NCBI GenBank assembly: GCA_013203665.1 | Contig: JABMPU010000108.1 | Coordinates: 11,092-75,091 of the forward strand | Direction: 5' to 3' | DNA length: 64,000 nucleotides | Source: Armatimonadota bacterium | Lineage (GTDB): Bacteria > Cloacimonadota > Cloacimonadia > Cloacimonadales > TCS61 | Part shown: one piece after another, positions 38,313 through 48,695 of the stretch | Layout: every line of letters starts with the position of its first letter | How positions within the stretch are numbered: position 1 is the stretch's first letter | Notes under the pieces: generated by a model | What the model saw: only the letters and a program-made list of their open reading frames with translations | Database searches by the model: none | What the model was told of the DNA's origin: nothing | Program-made: the position numbers and the translations under genes

Positions 38313-39638
38313 ATGGCACTTACAGGATTACAAATTTTTAAACTTCTACCAAATAAGAATTGTGGGGAGTGTGATGTTCCCACCTGCCTGGCTTTTGCTA
38401 TGAAACTTGCCGGCAAAATTGCCGAACCTCAAGCTTGTCCATATATTTCAGATGAAGCAATGGAAATTCTGGGAGCAGCTCAAACACCACCTATTAAAAA
38501 AATAATTTTCAAAAATGGAGAAAAGGAGATTTCCATTGGTGCGGAAACCGTGATGTTCAGGCATGAAAAAACTTTCGTTAATCAAACTCTCATAGCTTTG
38601 GAAATGACTGATAATCTAAGTGCTGAAGAATTTGAAAACGAATTGAAAAGAATTGAAAGTTATAAATATGAACGAGTCGGAGAAAGGCTTGAACCGGAAT
38701 GTATTTCATTAAAAAATGTGTCTGATGACAAAAATAATTATCTGCTAAAGCTGGAAACAATTCAATCCAAAACTGAAAAGATAATTATCTTAAGCGATTG
38801 CAATGCTGAAATCATTAAAGAAGCAATGCAGCTTGTTGATAATAAAAGATTAATCCTAAATAAAGTTGAAGATCTGAGCGAGACACTCAATATAATTTCT
38901 GACACTCAAACTCCAATTGTTTTATCTGCAAAGAATATTGAAGAATTACTGGAGAAAGTTGAAAAATGTGAAGCTCAAAATTTCAAAAATATAATTTTAT
39001 CAATAGACTTTAATAATCTAAATGAATTATTGGAAAACAATGTTTTGCTGAGAAGATCGGCAATAGAAAAAGGATTCAAACTTGCCGGATATCCCATTTT
39101 AACAGAATGTACCGAAGAAGACGAGTTGCATTCAGCAATCCTGGGAATCTGCAAATATTCATCAATTGTCCTCCTGAAAAAGTTTTCCGGTGCTTCACTA
39201 TTTCCGCTTCTAACCTTAAGACAGAATATTTTCACTGACCCGCAGAAACCTCTGCAAATCGACCCTGGAATTTACCAGGTTGGGGAGCCGGATGAAAGTT
39301 CTCCCCTGATAGTTACAACAAATTTTTCTTTAACCTATTTTATCGTGTCCGGTGAAATCGAAAACTCTATTTCTCCAGCCTGGTTGTGTATAGTGGATGC
39401 TGAAGGAATGTCGGTTTTAACAGCCTGGTCTGCCAATAAATTTTCCGGAGAAATCGTGGGCAAAGCCATCTTGAATTCCGGAATTGAGGAAAAGATAAAT
39501 CATAAAAAAGTTATCATTCCCGGTTATGTGGCTATTATCAGAGGAGAGCTTGAGGATAAACTTCCGGAATGGGAAATATTGGTCGGACCGCAGGAAGCAG
39601 CGGATATTCCAAAATATTTAAAAGAAATCTGGAAATGA
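38313..39638 (+). CDS. acsC: corrinoid iron-sulfur protein large subunit (AcsC/CdhE)
   Basis: Start MALTGLQIFKLLPNKNCGECDVPTCLAFAMKLA (N-terminal 4Fe-4S motif). ATG at 38313 lies right after the acsD stop. Confidence 0.8.
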   Translation: MALTGLQIFKLLPNKNCGECDVPTCLAFAMKLAGKIAEPQACPYISDEAMEILGAAQTPPIKKIIFKNGEKEISIGAETVMFRHEKTFVNQTLIALEMTDNLSAEEFENELKRIESYKYERVGERLEPECISLKNVSDDKNNYLLKLETIQSKTEKIIILSDCNAEIIKEAMQLVDNKRLILNKVEDLSETLNIISDTQTPIVLSAKNIEELLEKVEKCEAQNFKNIILSIDFNNLNELLENNVLLRRSAIEKGFKLAGYPILTECTEEDELHSAILGICKYSSIVLLKKFSGASLFPLLTLRQNIFTDPQKPLQIDPGIYQVGEPDESSPLIVTTNFSLTYFIVSGEIENSISPAWLCIVDAEGMSVLTAWSANKFSGEIVGKAILNSGIEEKINHKKVIIPGYVAIIRGELEDKLPEWEILVGPQEAADIPKYLKEIWK

Positions 39639-41404
39639 AAAATTTAAAATTAATTTCAGGTGATTTTACCAAAGAAATTCAGGTTAAAGAAAACACCAAT
39701 TTATTATATGCCATTCAGGAAAGCGGCTTGTTCATCGATGCTCCCTGTGGAGGAAACAGTGTTTGCAAAAAATGCACGGTTTTCATTGATGGCAAATCCT
39801 GTTTAGCCTGCCAGACTTTTGTGAACAAAGATTTGATTGTTATTTTGCCTGAATACAGTAATCTTGTAGTTGAAGAAGATAAAAACCATTTTATAGAAAA
39901 ATTCAAAGATATCAAGATTAATCCAATTATTCAAAAAATTGAGATCTTCATTAATCCAGAGGAAAGAATCTCTTATCAATCTGATCTTGAGTATTTTAAA
40001 AGCCTTCTGAAAAAAGCAGGTTTTGAGATTTTTATTCCATCAGATGTTGAATTGCTGTCGAAAATATCAAAAGCAACTCACAAAAAAAACACCTTCACAA
40101 TCTATCTTTTTGAAGAGAATAATAAATATGAAATCGTTGATATTATTGAAGGCACAAACCTTAAAAATCTGGGAATTGCGATTGACCTGGGAACGACCAC
40201 AATTTCTATTGCTCTGCTCGATTTAGATTCAGGAATTTTTATTGATTCCATAACTTTTTATAATCCGCAGATTATCTATGGAGCAGATATTATTCATCGC
40301 ATTGTTTTTGCTCAGAAAAATGATGGAGCTGAAATCTTACAGAAAAAAGTCCTGGAAGAACTGAATCAAAGTATCAGCTCTTTATGTATGAAAAATAATC
40401 TTTCAGCTAATGAAATAAAATCTGTTGTCCTTTCAGGAAATACAACCATGATCCATCTATTTCTGGGATTACCCTCAAAATTTATTCGAGAAACGCCTTA
40501 TAGTCCGGTAATGCAAAAATTTCCAATATTGAATTCAAATTCATTCATCGATATAATAAAAAAAGGTAAACTTTTTGTAATGCCTTGTGTGGCAAATTAT
40601 CTGGGCGGAGACTTGGTTTCCGGAATTATTTCCTGTGATTTACACAAAAAAGATGAGATAAATATCCTGCTTGATATTGGTACAAATGGTGAGATAGTCA
40701 TTGGCAATAAAGATTGGCTGATTGGCTGCGCCTGTTCTGCCGGACCTGCTTTTGAGGGAATGGGTCTTAATTGTGGAGTGAGATTCAAACAAGGTGCAAT
40801 CACAGAAGTATCTTATGAAAATAATAAATTTGTCTATAGCATTGCTGGTAATTCAAAACCTTGCGGCATCAGTGGCACAGGAATTATCAGCCTGATCAAA
40901 CATCTGAAAGAACAAAAACATATTGATAATCGAGGAAAATTTACTGAAAAAGTTAAAGACAAAATCGATCACAGAAAAGCTTTTATACTATTCAAAAAAG
41001 AAGAGACTTTCAACAATGAATTTATCTATGTTGATGAAACCGATATTGATAATATCCTGCGAGCAAAAGCAGCTATTTATTCCGGAATAAGCCTGCTTTT
41101 GAAAAAATTATCTCTTGATATTTCTGAGATTGATAATATGTTTATTGCAGGTGGGATTGGTAATTCCTTGAACATTAATAATGCCTTGGAAATCGGATTG
41201 TTCCCTCGAATGCGAAAGGAAAAAATTGTATTTATCGGGAATTCTTCATTAACCGGCGCAATTAAATTTTTACTTTCAAGAGAAAGCAGAGATGAAACTA
41301 ATGATCTATTTCCTAAAGTAACTTACATCGACTTAAGTAACGAACCATCCTATATGGATGAATTCATGGCAGCATTGTTTATTCCTCATACAAACCAGAT
41401 TTGA
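39635..41404 (+). CDS. reductive activator of corrinoid Fe-S protein (RACo-like: 2Fe-2S ferredoxin plus ASKHA ATPase)
   Basis: N-terminal CGGNSVCKKC...C..C plant-type ferredoxin motif. DLGTTT and DIGTNGE ASKHA phosphate motifs. ATGA overlap with acsC. Confidence 0.75.
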   Translation: MKNLKLISGDFTKEIQVKENTNLLYAIQESGLFIDAPCGGNSVCKKCTVFIDGKSCLACQTFVNKDLIVILPEYSNLVVEEDKNHFIEKFKDIKINPIIQKIEIFINPEERISYQSDLEYFKSLLKKAGFEIFIPSDVELLSKISKATHKKNTFTIYLFEENNKYEIVDIIEGTNLKNLGIAIDLGTTTISIALLDLDSGIFIDSITFYNPQIIYGADIIHRIVFAQKNDGAEILQKKVLEELNQSISSLCMKNNLSANEIKSVVLSGNTTMIHLFLGLPSKFIRETPYSPVMQKFPILNSNSFIDIIKKGKLFVMPCVANYLGGDLVSGIISCDLHKKDEINILLDIGTNGEIVIGNKDWLIGCACSAGPAFEGMGLNCGVRFKQGAITEVSYENNKFVYSIAGNSKPCGISGTGIISLIKHLKEQKHIDNRGKFTEKVKDKIDHRKAFILFKKEETFNNEFIYVDETDIDNILRAKAAIYSGISLLLKKLSLDISEIDNMFIAGGIGNSLNINNALEIGLFPRMRKEKIVFIGNSSLTGAIKFLLSRESRDETNDLFPKVTYIDLSNEPSYMDEFMAALFIPHTNQI

Positions 41405-41416
41405 GGCTATAAACAG

Positions 41417-41444
41417 AAAAAGGAAGCATCTCTGCTTCCTTTTC
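41417..41444. terminator. bidirectional terminator between the acs cluster and ahcY
   Basis: AGGAAGCA-TCTC-TGCTTCCT perfect 8-bp stem, with AAAA upstream and TTT downstream. Confidence 0.7.
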
Positions 41445-41511
41445 GTAATTGTTAAAAATTATCTTAAAAACTTACTTCTCGAAATTTACTTCAGGCTTAA
41501 TATTCTCCTTC

Positions 41512-42918
41512 TTAATACCTGTAATGCTCTGGTTTATAAGGACCTTCAATGGGAATATTAATATATTCAGATTGTTCTTTGGTCATTACAGTTAAATTTA
41601 CGCCAAGTTTTTCCAGATGAAGTCTGGCAACTTCTTCATCCAATTCTTTAGAAAGTCTATAAACCTTTTTCTCATGCTCTTTTTTCCAGAGTTCTATCTG
41701 AGCTAACACCTGATTAGAAAAAGAATTGCTCATAACAAATGATGGATGTCCGGTGGCATTTCCAAGATTCACCAGACGTCCCTCAGATAAAAGAATAATA
41801 GAATGACCATCAGGGAAACGGATTTCATCAACTTGAGGTTTGATATTGATTTTCATTACTCCCGGAGTTTCTAATAATTGATCAACCTGTATTTCATTAT
41901 CAAAATGTCCGATATTGCAGACAATAGCTTTATCCTTCATCTTCTGCATATGTTCCACGCGAATCACTTCAAGATTGCCGGTAGCAGTTACAAAAACATC
42001 ACCTTCATCAAAAGTATCTTCAAGAACCTTAACCCTGAAACCTTCCATAGCTGCCTGAAGTGCACAAATCGGATCAATCTCAGTTATGATTATTTTTGCC
42101 CCAAAACCACGCATAGACTGAGCACAACCCTTGCCAACATCACCATAACCGCAAATCACAATCGTTTTACCCGCTATCATTACGTCGGTTCCTCTTTTGA
42201 TGCCATCAGCAAGCGATTCACGACAACCATAAATATTATCAAATTTAGATTTCGTAACAGAATCATTCACATTGATCGCTGGAAAAAGCAGAGTACCATC
42301 TTCCAATTGCTGATAAAGCCTATGAACACCTGTAGTAGTTTCTTCTGAAATGCCCTTCATTTCAGCTACGATTTTATGCCATTTATCAGGGTTTTTCTCC
42401 AAGTCCTGAATAATAAGATTATGTATAATATTCAATTCTTTATTTGATGTATCAGCTTGTGGAAGTTTCCCTGTTTTCTTATACTTTTCTTCCAGATAAT
42501 ACCCCTCATAAACAAAAAGAGTGGCATCTCCTCCATCATCCACAATAAGATGCGGACCTTTATTATTTTCATGTGCTAAAGCCTTTTTCGTACACCACCA
42601 GTATTCTTCCAGAGATTCACCTTTCCATGCAAAAACAGGAGTGCCTGTTCTGGCAATCTCTGCTGCAGCATGATCCTGTGTGGAAAAAATATTACAGCTT
42701 GCCCAGCGGATATCAGCTCCCAATTCCTTTAAAGTTTCAATCAAAACAGCGGTTTGAATAGTCATGTGAAGACTACCTGTAATACGAGCTCCAGCCAGAG
42801 GTTTCTGTTCTCTATATTTTTCACGAATTGCCATTAAACCCGGCATTTCAACTTCTGCTAATTCAATCTCTTTCCTGCCAAAGTCAGCAAGATTCATATC
42901 AGCAATTTTATAATCCAT
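41512..42918 (-). CDS. ahcY: S-adenosyl-L-homocysteine hydrolase
   Basis: [29 protein letters not shown]... NAD fold GYGDVGKG. C-terminal [12 protein letters not shown] at 42918 is preferred over the track start at 42987. Confidence 0.9.
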   Translation of the reverse strand: MDYKIADMNLADFGRKEIELAEVEMPGLMAIREKYREQKPLAGARITGSLHMTIQTAVLIETLKELGADIRWASCNIFSTQDHAAAEIARTGTPVFAWKGESLEEYWWCTKKALAHENNKGPHLIVDDGGDATLFVYEGYYLEEKYKKTGKLPQADTSNKELNIIHNLIIQDLEKNPDKWHKIVAEMKGISEETTTGVHRLYQQLEDGTLLFPAINVNDSVTKSKFDNIYGCRESLADGIKRGTDVMIAGKTIVICGYGDVGKGCAQSMRGFGAKIIITEIDPICALQAAMEGFRVKVLEDTFDEGDVFVTATGNLEVIRVEHMQKMKDKAIVCNIGHFDNEIQVDQLLETPGVMKINIKPQVDEIRFPDGHSIILLSEGRLVNLGNATGHPSFVMSNSFSNQVLAQIELWKKEHEKKVYRLSKELDEEVARLHLEKLGVNLTVMTKEQSEYINIPIEGPYKPEHYRY

Positions 42919-43045
42919 CTTCTCTCCTTTTATAGCTCGCGGATTTTTACGAATGCAGGATGTATCATTCTGATGCGTCCGAAACATTACGGTTCAATCT
43001 GCAAGAATGAACCTGCAAAGCTAAGTTTTTTTATAATTCATAATT

Positions 43046-43942
43046 TTAAAATATTACACTTTCCCGAATTTTTTCTTTTCGGATCTCGATCATCTCGAAA
43101 GTCAAGTCCTTAACTCTTTCCAGACTAAATGATTCCACGCAAAACGACGCCATGATCGTACCGTAAATCATGGCATTACGAATCGTATCTTTATCAAAAT
43201 TATCTTTCCGTGTAAGATATCCCATAAAACCACCAGCAAAACTATCGCCTGCCCCGGTCGGATCAACAGCTTTTTTCACTGGATAAACAGGTGCAAAGAA
43301 AATGAAATTATCTCCAATACACACTGAACCATGTTCACCACATTTGATGACAACTATCTTTGGTCCGAATGAAAGAGCAATTTCAGCTGCTTGATAAATA
43401 TTGCTTTCATTAATAAGCATCTTTATCTCTTCTTCATTAATAAAAAGAATATCAACTTTTTTTATAACTTTTAGAAGTGCATCTTTATTACCAGAAATCC
43501 AGAAATTCATGGTGTCGCAAGCAGTAACCTTAGGATCTTGCATCTGAACCAAAACTCTCAATTGCAGAACCGGATCAATATTCCCTAAAAATACATAATT
43601 ACATTTTTTATAATTTTCAGGAATCCTGGGATTGAATTCGGCAAAGACATTAAGCTGAGTATCAAGGGTTTCAGCTCGATTCAAGTCGTTATAAACTCCT
43701 TTCCAGCGAAACGTTTTTCCCGGAACAATTTCCATTCCTTCCGTATCAATATCATTAGATTTAAGCAATTCAATATGTTCTTTGGGAAAATCTTCGCCGA
43801 CAACTCCCACAATATTGGTCTGACAAAAGTTCTTACTTGCCATCGAGGTATAAACAGTAGAACCGCCAAGAATGTCCTCTCTTTTACCAAAAGGAGTAAA
43901 TACTGTGTCCAGGGCTATCGAACCTACGATTAATAAACTCAT
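43046..43942 (-). CDS. PfkB-family kinase (adenosine kinase-like by context)
   Basis: 298 aa. C-terminal [13 protein letters not shown] PfkB signature. Sits between metK and ahcY. Confidence 0.65.
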   Translation of the reverse strand: MSLLIVGSIALDTVFTPFGKREDILGGSTVYTSMASKNFCQTNIVGVVGEDFPKEHIELLKSNDIDTEGMEIVPGKTFRWKGVYNDLNRAETLDTQLNVFAEFNPRIPENYKKCNYVFLGNIDPVLQLRVLVQMQDPKVTACDTMNFWISGNKDALLKVIKKVDILFINEEEIKMLINESNIYQAAEIALSFGPKIVVIKCGEHGSVCIGDNFIFFAPVYPVKKAVDPTGAGDSFAGGFMGYLTRKDNFDKDTIRNAMIYGTIMASFCVESFSLERVKDLTFEMIEIRKEKIRESVIF

Positions 43943-45102
43943 TTTATCTTTTCAGCCTTTTTCTTCAGAATATCAACTTTATCCGTTTTTTCCCAGGTGA
44001 ATTCTTCTAATTCACGACCAAAATGACCATAGGCTGCAGTAAGTTTATAGATTGGACGTCTCAATTTAAGATGATTAATTATTCCATTTGGAGTCAGGGG
44101 AAAAACTTCGCGAACAATTTCCATCAGTTTATCATCCGGGATTTTTCCTGTGCCGAATGTATTCACAAAAACTGAGACCGGCTCAGCCACACCAATGGCG
44201 TAAGCAAGCTGAACCTCACATTCCTTTGCCAGTTCTGCAGCTACAATATTTTTGGCAATATACCTTGCACAATAAGCTGCGCTTCTATCCACCTTGGATG
44301 GATCTTTGCCCGAAAATGCTCCGCCGCCGTGTCTGCCCATTCCGCCATAAGTATCTACAATTATTTTCCTTCCCGTAAGACCGGCATCTGCTTGAGGACC
44401 TCCAATAATGAAAGCTCCCGTAGGATTAACATGAATTGTTGTGTCGTTGTCGATATACTCTCCGCAGGCCGGTTTTATTGCGTATTTGATGATATCGGCT
44501 TTTATCTTATCATGAGTTACGTCGGGACTGTGCTGATTGGATACAACAATAGTATGAACTCTTTGCGGAACAATGTCCTCGTATTCTACAGTAACCTGAG
44601 ATTTACCATCCGGACCTAAATAAGATAATGTTCCATTCTTTCTGATTTCAGCAAGTTTCTTTGTAAGCCCGTGAGCTAACATAATCGGCAGGGGCATTAA
44701 CTGTGGAGTTTCATTAACTGCATAGCCAAACATCATACCCTGATCCCCGGCACCTTGCTCTTTATGCAATCCTTTTCCAGAAGAAACTCCCTGACTTATA
44801 TCAGGTGATTGTGGAACAATGCTGGAAAAAACACCGCAATTTCCAGCATCGATTCCCAGCTTGCTGTGATCATAACCGATTTCATAAAGTGTCTTTCTAA
44901 CAATTTTATCAACATCAACAAACCCATGAGTTGTAACTTCTCCAAAAACCCACACAGCTCCATTTTTTGTGGCTGTTTCAACAGCAACTCTAGATTCCGG
45001 ATCTTGCCTTAAACATTCATCGAGAATTGCATCACTAATCTGATCACAAATTTTATCCGGATGGCCTTCTGTAACAGATTCCGAAGTGAATAAACTTTTC
45101 AT
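43939..45102 (-). CDS. metK: S-adenosylmethionine synthetase
   Basis: [48 protein letters not shown]. Confidence 0.95.
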   Translation of the reverse strand: MKSLFTSESVTEGHPDKICDQISDAILDECLRQDPESRVAVETATKNGAVWVFGEVTTHGFVDVDKIVRKTLYEIGYDHSKLGIDAGNCGVFSSIVPQSPDISQGVSSGKGLHKEQGAGDQGMMFGYAVNETPQLMPLPIMLAHGLTKKLAEIRKNGTLSYLGPDGKSQVTVEYEDIVPQRVHTIVVSNQHSPDVTHDKIKADIIKYAIKPACGEYIDNDTTIHVNPTGAFIIGGPQADAGLTGRKIIVDTYGGMGRHGGGAFSGKDPSKVDRSAAYCARYIAKNIVAAELAKECEVQLAYAIGVAEPVSVFVNTFGTGKIPDDKLMEIVREVFPLTPNGIINHLKLRRPIYKLTAAYGHFGRELEEFTWEKTDKVDILKKKAEKIK

Positions 45103-45131
45103 TGATTTCTCCTATAATTTAATATGTATTT

Positions 45132-46154
45132 CTATAATATAACTTTTTTTCCTGTTCTTGCTGATTTATAAATTGCTTCAATTATCTCTAACGATTTTCG
45201 TCCTTCTTGTCCATCGGTATTGGCGCTTGTTTCTCCCAAAAGAGTAGAAACCACATTTTTATAATATGGCAAATGTCCAAATCCATAAACATTGGGAGGT
45301 TGATAATTTGATTGTTCAATCAATCTATCATCATCATCGTATTCTTTAAAATCCCACTTTTCAATCTTATTTACTGCAACTCCACCCACTTTTACAGTTC
45401 CATTCTCACCCAAGATTGTAATTGAACCTTCAAAATTATGTGGATAAGTAAGCATTGTTGTATTGATCGTTCCAATTGCACCATTTTCAAATTTAAGAAT
45501 TACTGATCCTGTATCTTCTGTTTCGATTTTTCTTCCTAATATCGCAGTTTCTGCCATCACTGATTCAACAGGACCGATAAGCCATTGAATAGCATCCACA
45601 TAATGGCTTGCCTGGTTCATAAATGCTCCACCATCTAATTTTTGTTTACCTCGCCAATCTGCCTGGTCATAATAAGATTGAGGACGCTGCCAGAAAACAT
45701 TTGATTGAACCAGAAAGATTTTTCCAAAACGGTTTTTATCTATTGCTTTCTTCAATAACTGCATAGTTGTATTCAAACGGTTTTGTTTAACAACGAATAA
45801 TTTCACATTGTTGTTTTCGCAAGCTTCGATCAGCTTATCAGCATCTTTTACAGTAGTCGCCATCGGTTTTTCAGAAACGACATGTAATTTTCTTTTTGCA
45901 GATTCTATACCCATTTCAGGATGTAAACCGCTGGGAGTTGCAATGATTACAGCATCAAGTTTTTCCTTATCTAACATTTCCAAATAATCTGTGTAATATT
46001 TCTTCACCTCGTATTTTTCTGCAGAATCTTTAGCTCGGGATTCAATTATATCTGCACAAGCAACGATTTCATCTTCACCAATTTGCTTTATCGAATCGAA
46101 GTGTTTTGAAGATATTCGTCCACAACCGATAAGTCCGAATTTTATTTTTTTCAA
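45132..46154 (-). CDS. Gfo/Idh/MocA-family oxidoreductase
   Basis: TTG start at 46154 after GAGGAGG gives MKKIKFGLIGCGRISSKHF. The longer track ORF (to 46313) reads through the repeat array. Confidence 0.7.
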   Translation of the reverse strand: MKKIKFGLIGCGRISSKHFDSIKQIGEDEIVACADIIESRAKDSAEKYEVKKYYTDYLEMLDKEKLDAVIIATPSGLHPEMGIESAKRKLHVVSEKPMATTVKDADKLIEACENNNVKLFVVKQNRLNTTMQLLKKAIDKNRFGKIFLVQSNVFWQRPQSYYDQADWRGKQKLDGGAFMNQASHYVDAIQWLIGPVESVMAETAILGRKIETEDTGSVILKFENGAIGTINTTMLTYPHNFEGSITILGENGTVKVGGVAVNKIEKWDFKEYDDDDRLIEQSNYQPPNVYGFGHLPYYKNVVSTLLGETSANTDGQEGRKSLEIIEAIYKSARTGKKVIL

Positions 46155-46163
46155 ATAACCTCC

Positions 46164-46269
46164 TCGCCACAAAGGCACTAAGACACAAAGAAAAGAAATA
46201 GAAATCGAGAATTTGAGAAATCGAGAATTTGAGAACACGAGAATTTGAGAACACGAGAATTCGTGAAAC
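46164..46269. repeat. GTG-periodic leader motif (minus-strand copy) followed by a 16-nt tandem array, 4 copies
   Basis: 46164-46190 is the reverse complement of the 9273-9299 motif (23 of 27). 46205-46269 reads TCGAGAATTTGAGAAA / TCGAGAATTTGAGAAC / ACGAGAATTTGAGAAC / ACGAGAATTCGTGAAAC. Confidence 0.8.
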
Positions 46270-46300
46270 TGAGAAGTCGAGAGAAAGAAACTATGAGATT

Positions 46301-46675
46301 TTAAAGAGACCATTTCTCCGGATGTTTTAGCATATTCACAAGCTTTCCGATAATATGATCATATTTTTTATCAAGTTTTTCTCTTTGATTTTTATTAATA
46401 TAACCACATTTACATGAAAACTCTAACCAAACTTGTGTCTCTGCTGCTTCTCCTTCAGAATCAGAAAGTTTTGCAACAAACGCTTTTTCATATCTTCTTT
46501 TACGAAATGCTTCTGCAATATTTGATGAAACTGATCTTGAACTTCTCCTAATTTGATCAACTAAGGAATACAATTCTTCTTTTGGATAAGATTTTGTTAA
46601 TTCAAATATTTCCATTGCAGTCTCAAAAGCCAATTTATAAACATCTAAATCTTTATGTGTATGAATTATCTTCAT
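46301..46675 (-). CDS. four-helix-bundle protein (23S rRNA intervening-sequence protein / Avd family)
   Basis: DLDVYKLAFETAMEIFELTKSYPKEELYSLVDQIRRSSRSVSSNIAEA...E..TQVWLEF pattern. Confidence 0.8.
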   Translation of the reverse strand: MKIIHTHKDLDVYKLAFETAMEIFELTKSYPKEELYSLVDQIRRSSRSVSSNIAEAFRKRRYEKAFVAKLSDSEGEAAETQVWLEFSCKCGYINKNQREKLDKKYDHIIGKLVNMLKHPEKWSL

Positions 46676-46795
46676 CTCTTATTTGCCCATTTCTCCATCT
46701 TCACGTATTCACTCTATAAAATATTCTCTTCTTCATACACTCACTCCATCCCCTCTTCTCTTCTTCACGCACTCTCTCTATCACCCGTTCTCTCA

Positions 46796-48340
46796 TCAGT
46801 ATCTAACCTCCAAACCAGAATAGAGATAACTTGTATTATTTTCTTCTTTCTTTTGAAATTCATATTTCAGATGTATTGAAATTTCAGGATATGGATAATA
46901 TTTTATTTCTGTTGTAATCCTTTCAGTTCGCGAAATTTTTCCTGCAAGAAATTCAGTATTAGGCTGTGGCACAAAAGGATTATTGCTTATACTTCCTTGT
47001 TGCATATTATCATAATATAATGTTGCAACTATTTGAGAATGCAAATACTGAATCTGGGTAGCAATATTTAGTTGATTTGAGCCATTGGGATAACCTAGTA
47101 ATTGGCTGTCATGTGTGTATGGCAGGTATCTTCTATGACAATATGTTCTCGGACCAACAGCGGTCATCTCAAAAGCAATCTGGAGAGGAATTTTTGAAAA
47201 AGCATAAGTAATTCCGTTTTGATAAGCAAATCCGGAAAATACCTTGTTAGTTGACATTCTACCAATCTTAAAATCATCTATAAAAAAATTACAGTATATC
47301 ATCATACCCTTAAAAGGATTATAAGTTCCAAATAGAAAACCATTAACATTATCCCTAGAATGATTTACAAAATCAACTAATTTATACATTACAAGTGGAG
47401 TAATATAGCTGAGATCAATATTTTTATCACCATAAAGCGCACACTCTCCAACACCCAGAGAAAAATTATTAACTGAATAATAAACTATTTGCAAAGCATA
47501 GGATTTTGTTTCATAATCAGCTTCATTATTCAGGCTATCTGGTAAAAGCTGTGCATTAAAGGCAAGATAATGAAAATTTCCAAACCTTTTATAATATTTG
47601 AAATACGGATAGGATGTTATAATCGGATTAAGGATTATGGAAGTAGTTATTGATTTCCCAATTTGAAAAGTTCCAAATCCCAATGATAAATTCAAATATC
47701 TATTTTTATAATCAGTTTCAGAACACATAGAGACAACTTCAACATTCTCCCAATTGAGAAACTCAGATTTACGATAATCCTCTCTTATAAATTCCTTATT
47801 CCCCTTATAATGTCCTTTTCTAAATCTGGAGTAAAACCCAAAGTTTTCTTTGATGTTTCCACCAAACTCCATGCCATAGTATTTTAATGATCTCCATTTG
47901 CTGATGGAATCCCTTTTGGTATCATAATTCAGACCGAGTAACCCGGAAAAAAATAGTTCGCACTCTCCATTTTTATAAGTTACCAGTCGTTTCTTAACAG
48001 AATGAGATTTAAAGACATTTATTGCTGATCGTGGAATTTTACGTAATGGATAAACATCCGCATTAACTCCTTCGGGGAAATTTATAGAAAGTCTTTCATA
48101 ATGATACTCAGCTAACTTTTGGTACTGTTTGGGAAGATTTTGAACTCGCAAATTCTCTAAGATTTCTATAATCTCATTGTAATATTGAGGATAAATAAAA
48201 AATGTTTTTTCTGTATATCCCAAGTTATTCATCGACTCCAAAAAAGAGTAAACAGGATCATCTTGAGGAATGATAAAATCTGAATGCAAAAAGCTGATAA
48301 AGAATAAAAATAAAATAATTATTAAATAACTTTTTTTCAT
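46796..48340 (-). CDS. outer-membrane beta-barrel protein, capsule assembly Wzi-like (tentative)
   Basis: Signal peptide from ATG at 48340 (MKKSYLIIILFLFF). N-terminal DDPVYSFLESMNNLGY helix motif. Aromatic-rich alternating strands ending in ...GLEVRY. Confidence 0.45.
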   Translation of the reverse strand: MKKSYLIIILFLFFISFLHSDFIIPQDDPVYSFLESMNNLGYTEKTFFIYPQYYNEIIEILENLRVQNLPKQYQKLAEYHYERLSINFPEGVNADVYPLRKIPRSAINVFKSHSVKKRLVTYKNGECELFFSGLLGLNYDTKRDSISKWRSLKYYGMEFGGNIKENFGFYSRFRKGHYKGNKEFIREDYRKSEFLNWENVEVVSMCSETDYKNRYLNLSLGFGTFQIGKSITTSIILNPIITSYPYFKYYKRFGNFHYLAFNAQLLPDSLNNEADYETKSYALQIVYYSVNNFSLGVGECALYGDKNIDLSYITPLVMYKLVDFVNHSRDNVNGFLFGTYNPFKGMMIYCNFFIDDFKIGRMSTNKVFSGFAYQNGITYAFSKIPLQIAFEMTAVGPRTYCHRRYLPYTHDSQLLGYPNGSNQLNIATQIQYLHSQIVATLYYDNMQQGSISNNPFVPQPNTEFLAGKISRTERITTEIKYYPYPEISIHLKYEFQKKEENNTSYLYSGLEVRY

Positions 48341-48434
48341 CTTAGAATCCTTTGAAACCTCACCCCCCGTTGAAATATTCAGCCCGCTGAATTTCACGGG
48401 GTAAACCAGCCCTCCGTCAGTAGCCGGATTAAAA

Positions 48435-48465
48435 TCTCCTGCGAGGAGAGGGAGAAATCTCGTTC
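48435..48465 (+). repeat. 31-bp perfect direct repeat, copy 1
   Basis: TCTCCTGCGAGGAGAGGGAGAAATCTCGTTC, identical to 50048-50078. Confidence 0.9.
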
Positions 48466-48695
48466 AATCCTTGTTCCTAAATTGCATTTGGGAACACAAT
48501 CGTTATAGAAATTGTATTTAGTGTATATTCGTGCCTACCGAACTGTCCCGAAAGCTTTCGGGAGGCAGGAAAAAGTCAAAGTAAAACTTTTTTGAAAATT
48601 ACATTCCCAAGCAGACCTGTTATACAACAGGTTAAAAGTTTAGGAACGAGATGAAGCGGCATCCGGCAGCTGCCGGAATTCGCAGGTTAAAAATG

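Noticed and set aside
42919-43045. SAH or SAM riboswitch in the spacer upstream of ahcY
   Set aside because: Only short stems are present (GGTTCA...TGAACC). I could not find the conserved GC-rich pseudoknot core I associate with the SAH element or the SAM-I four-way junction. A covariance-model scan would settle it.
46205-46269. CRISPR array (also considered for 50195-50228 and 9235-9263)
   Set aside because: The units are 7-16 nt and directly abutting with no spacers. There are at most four copies and no cas genes in the window. These are simple tandem repeats.
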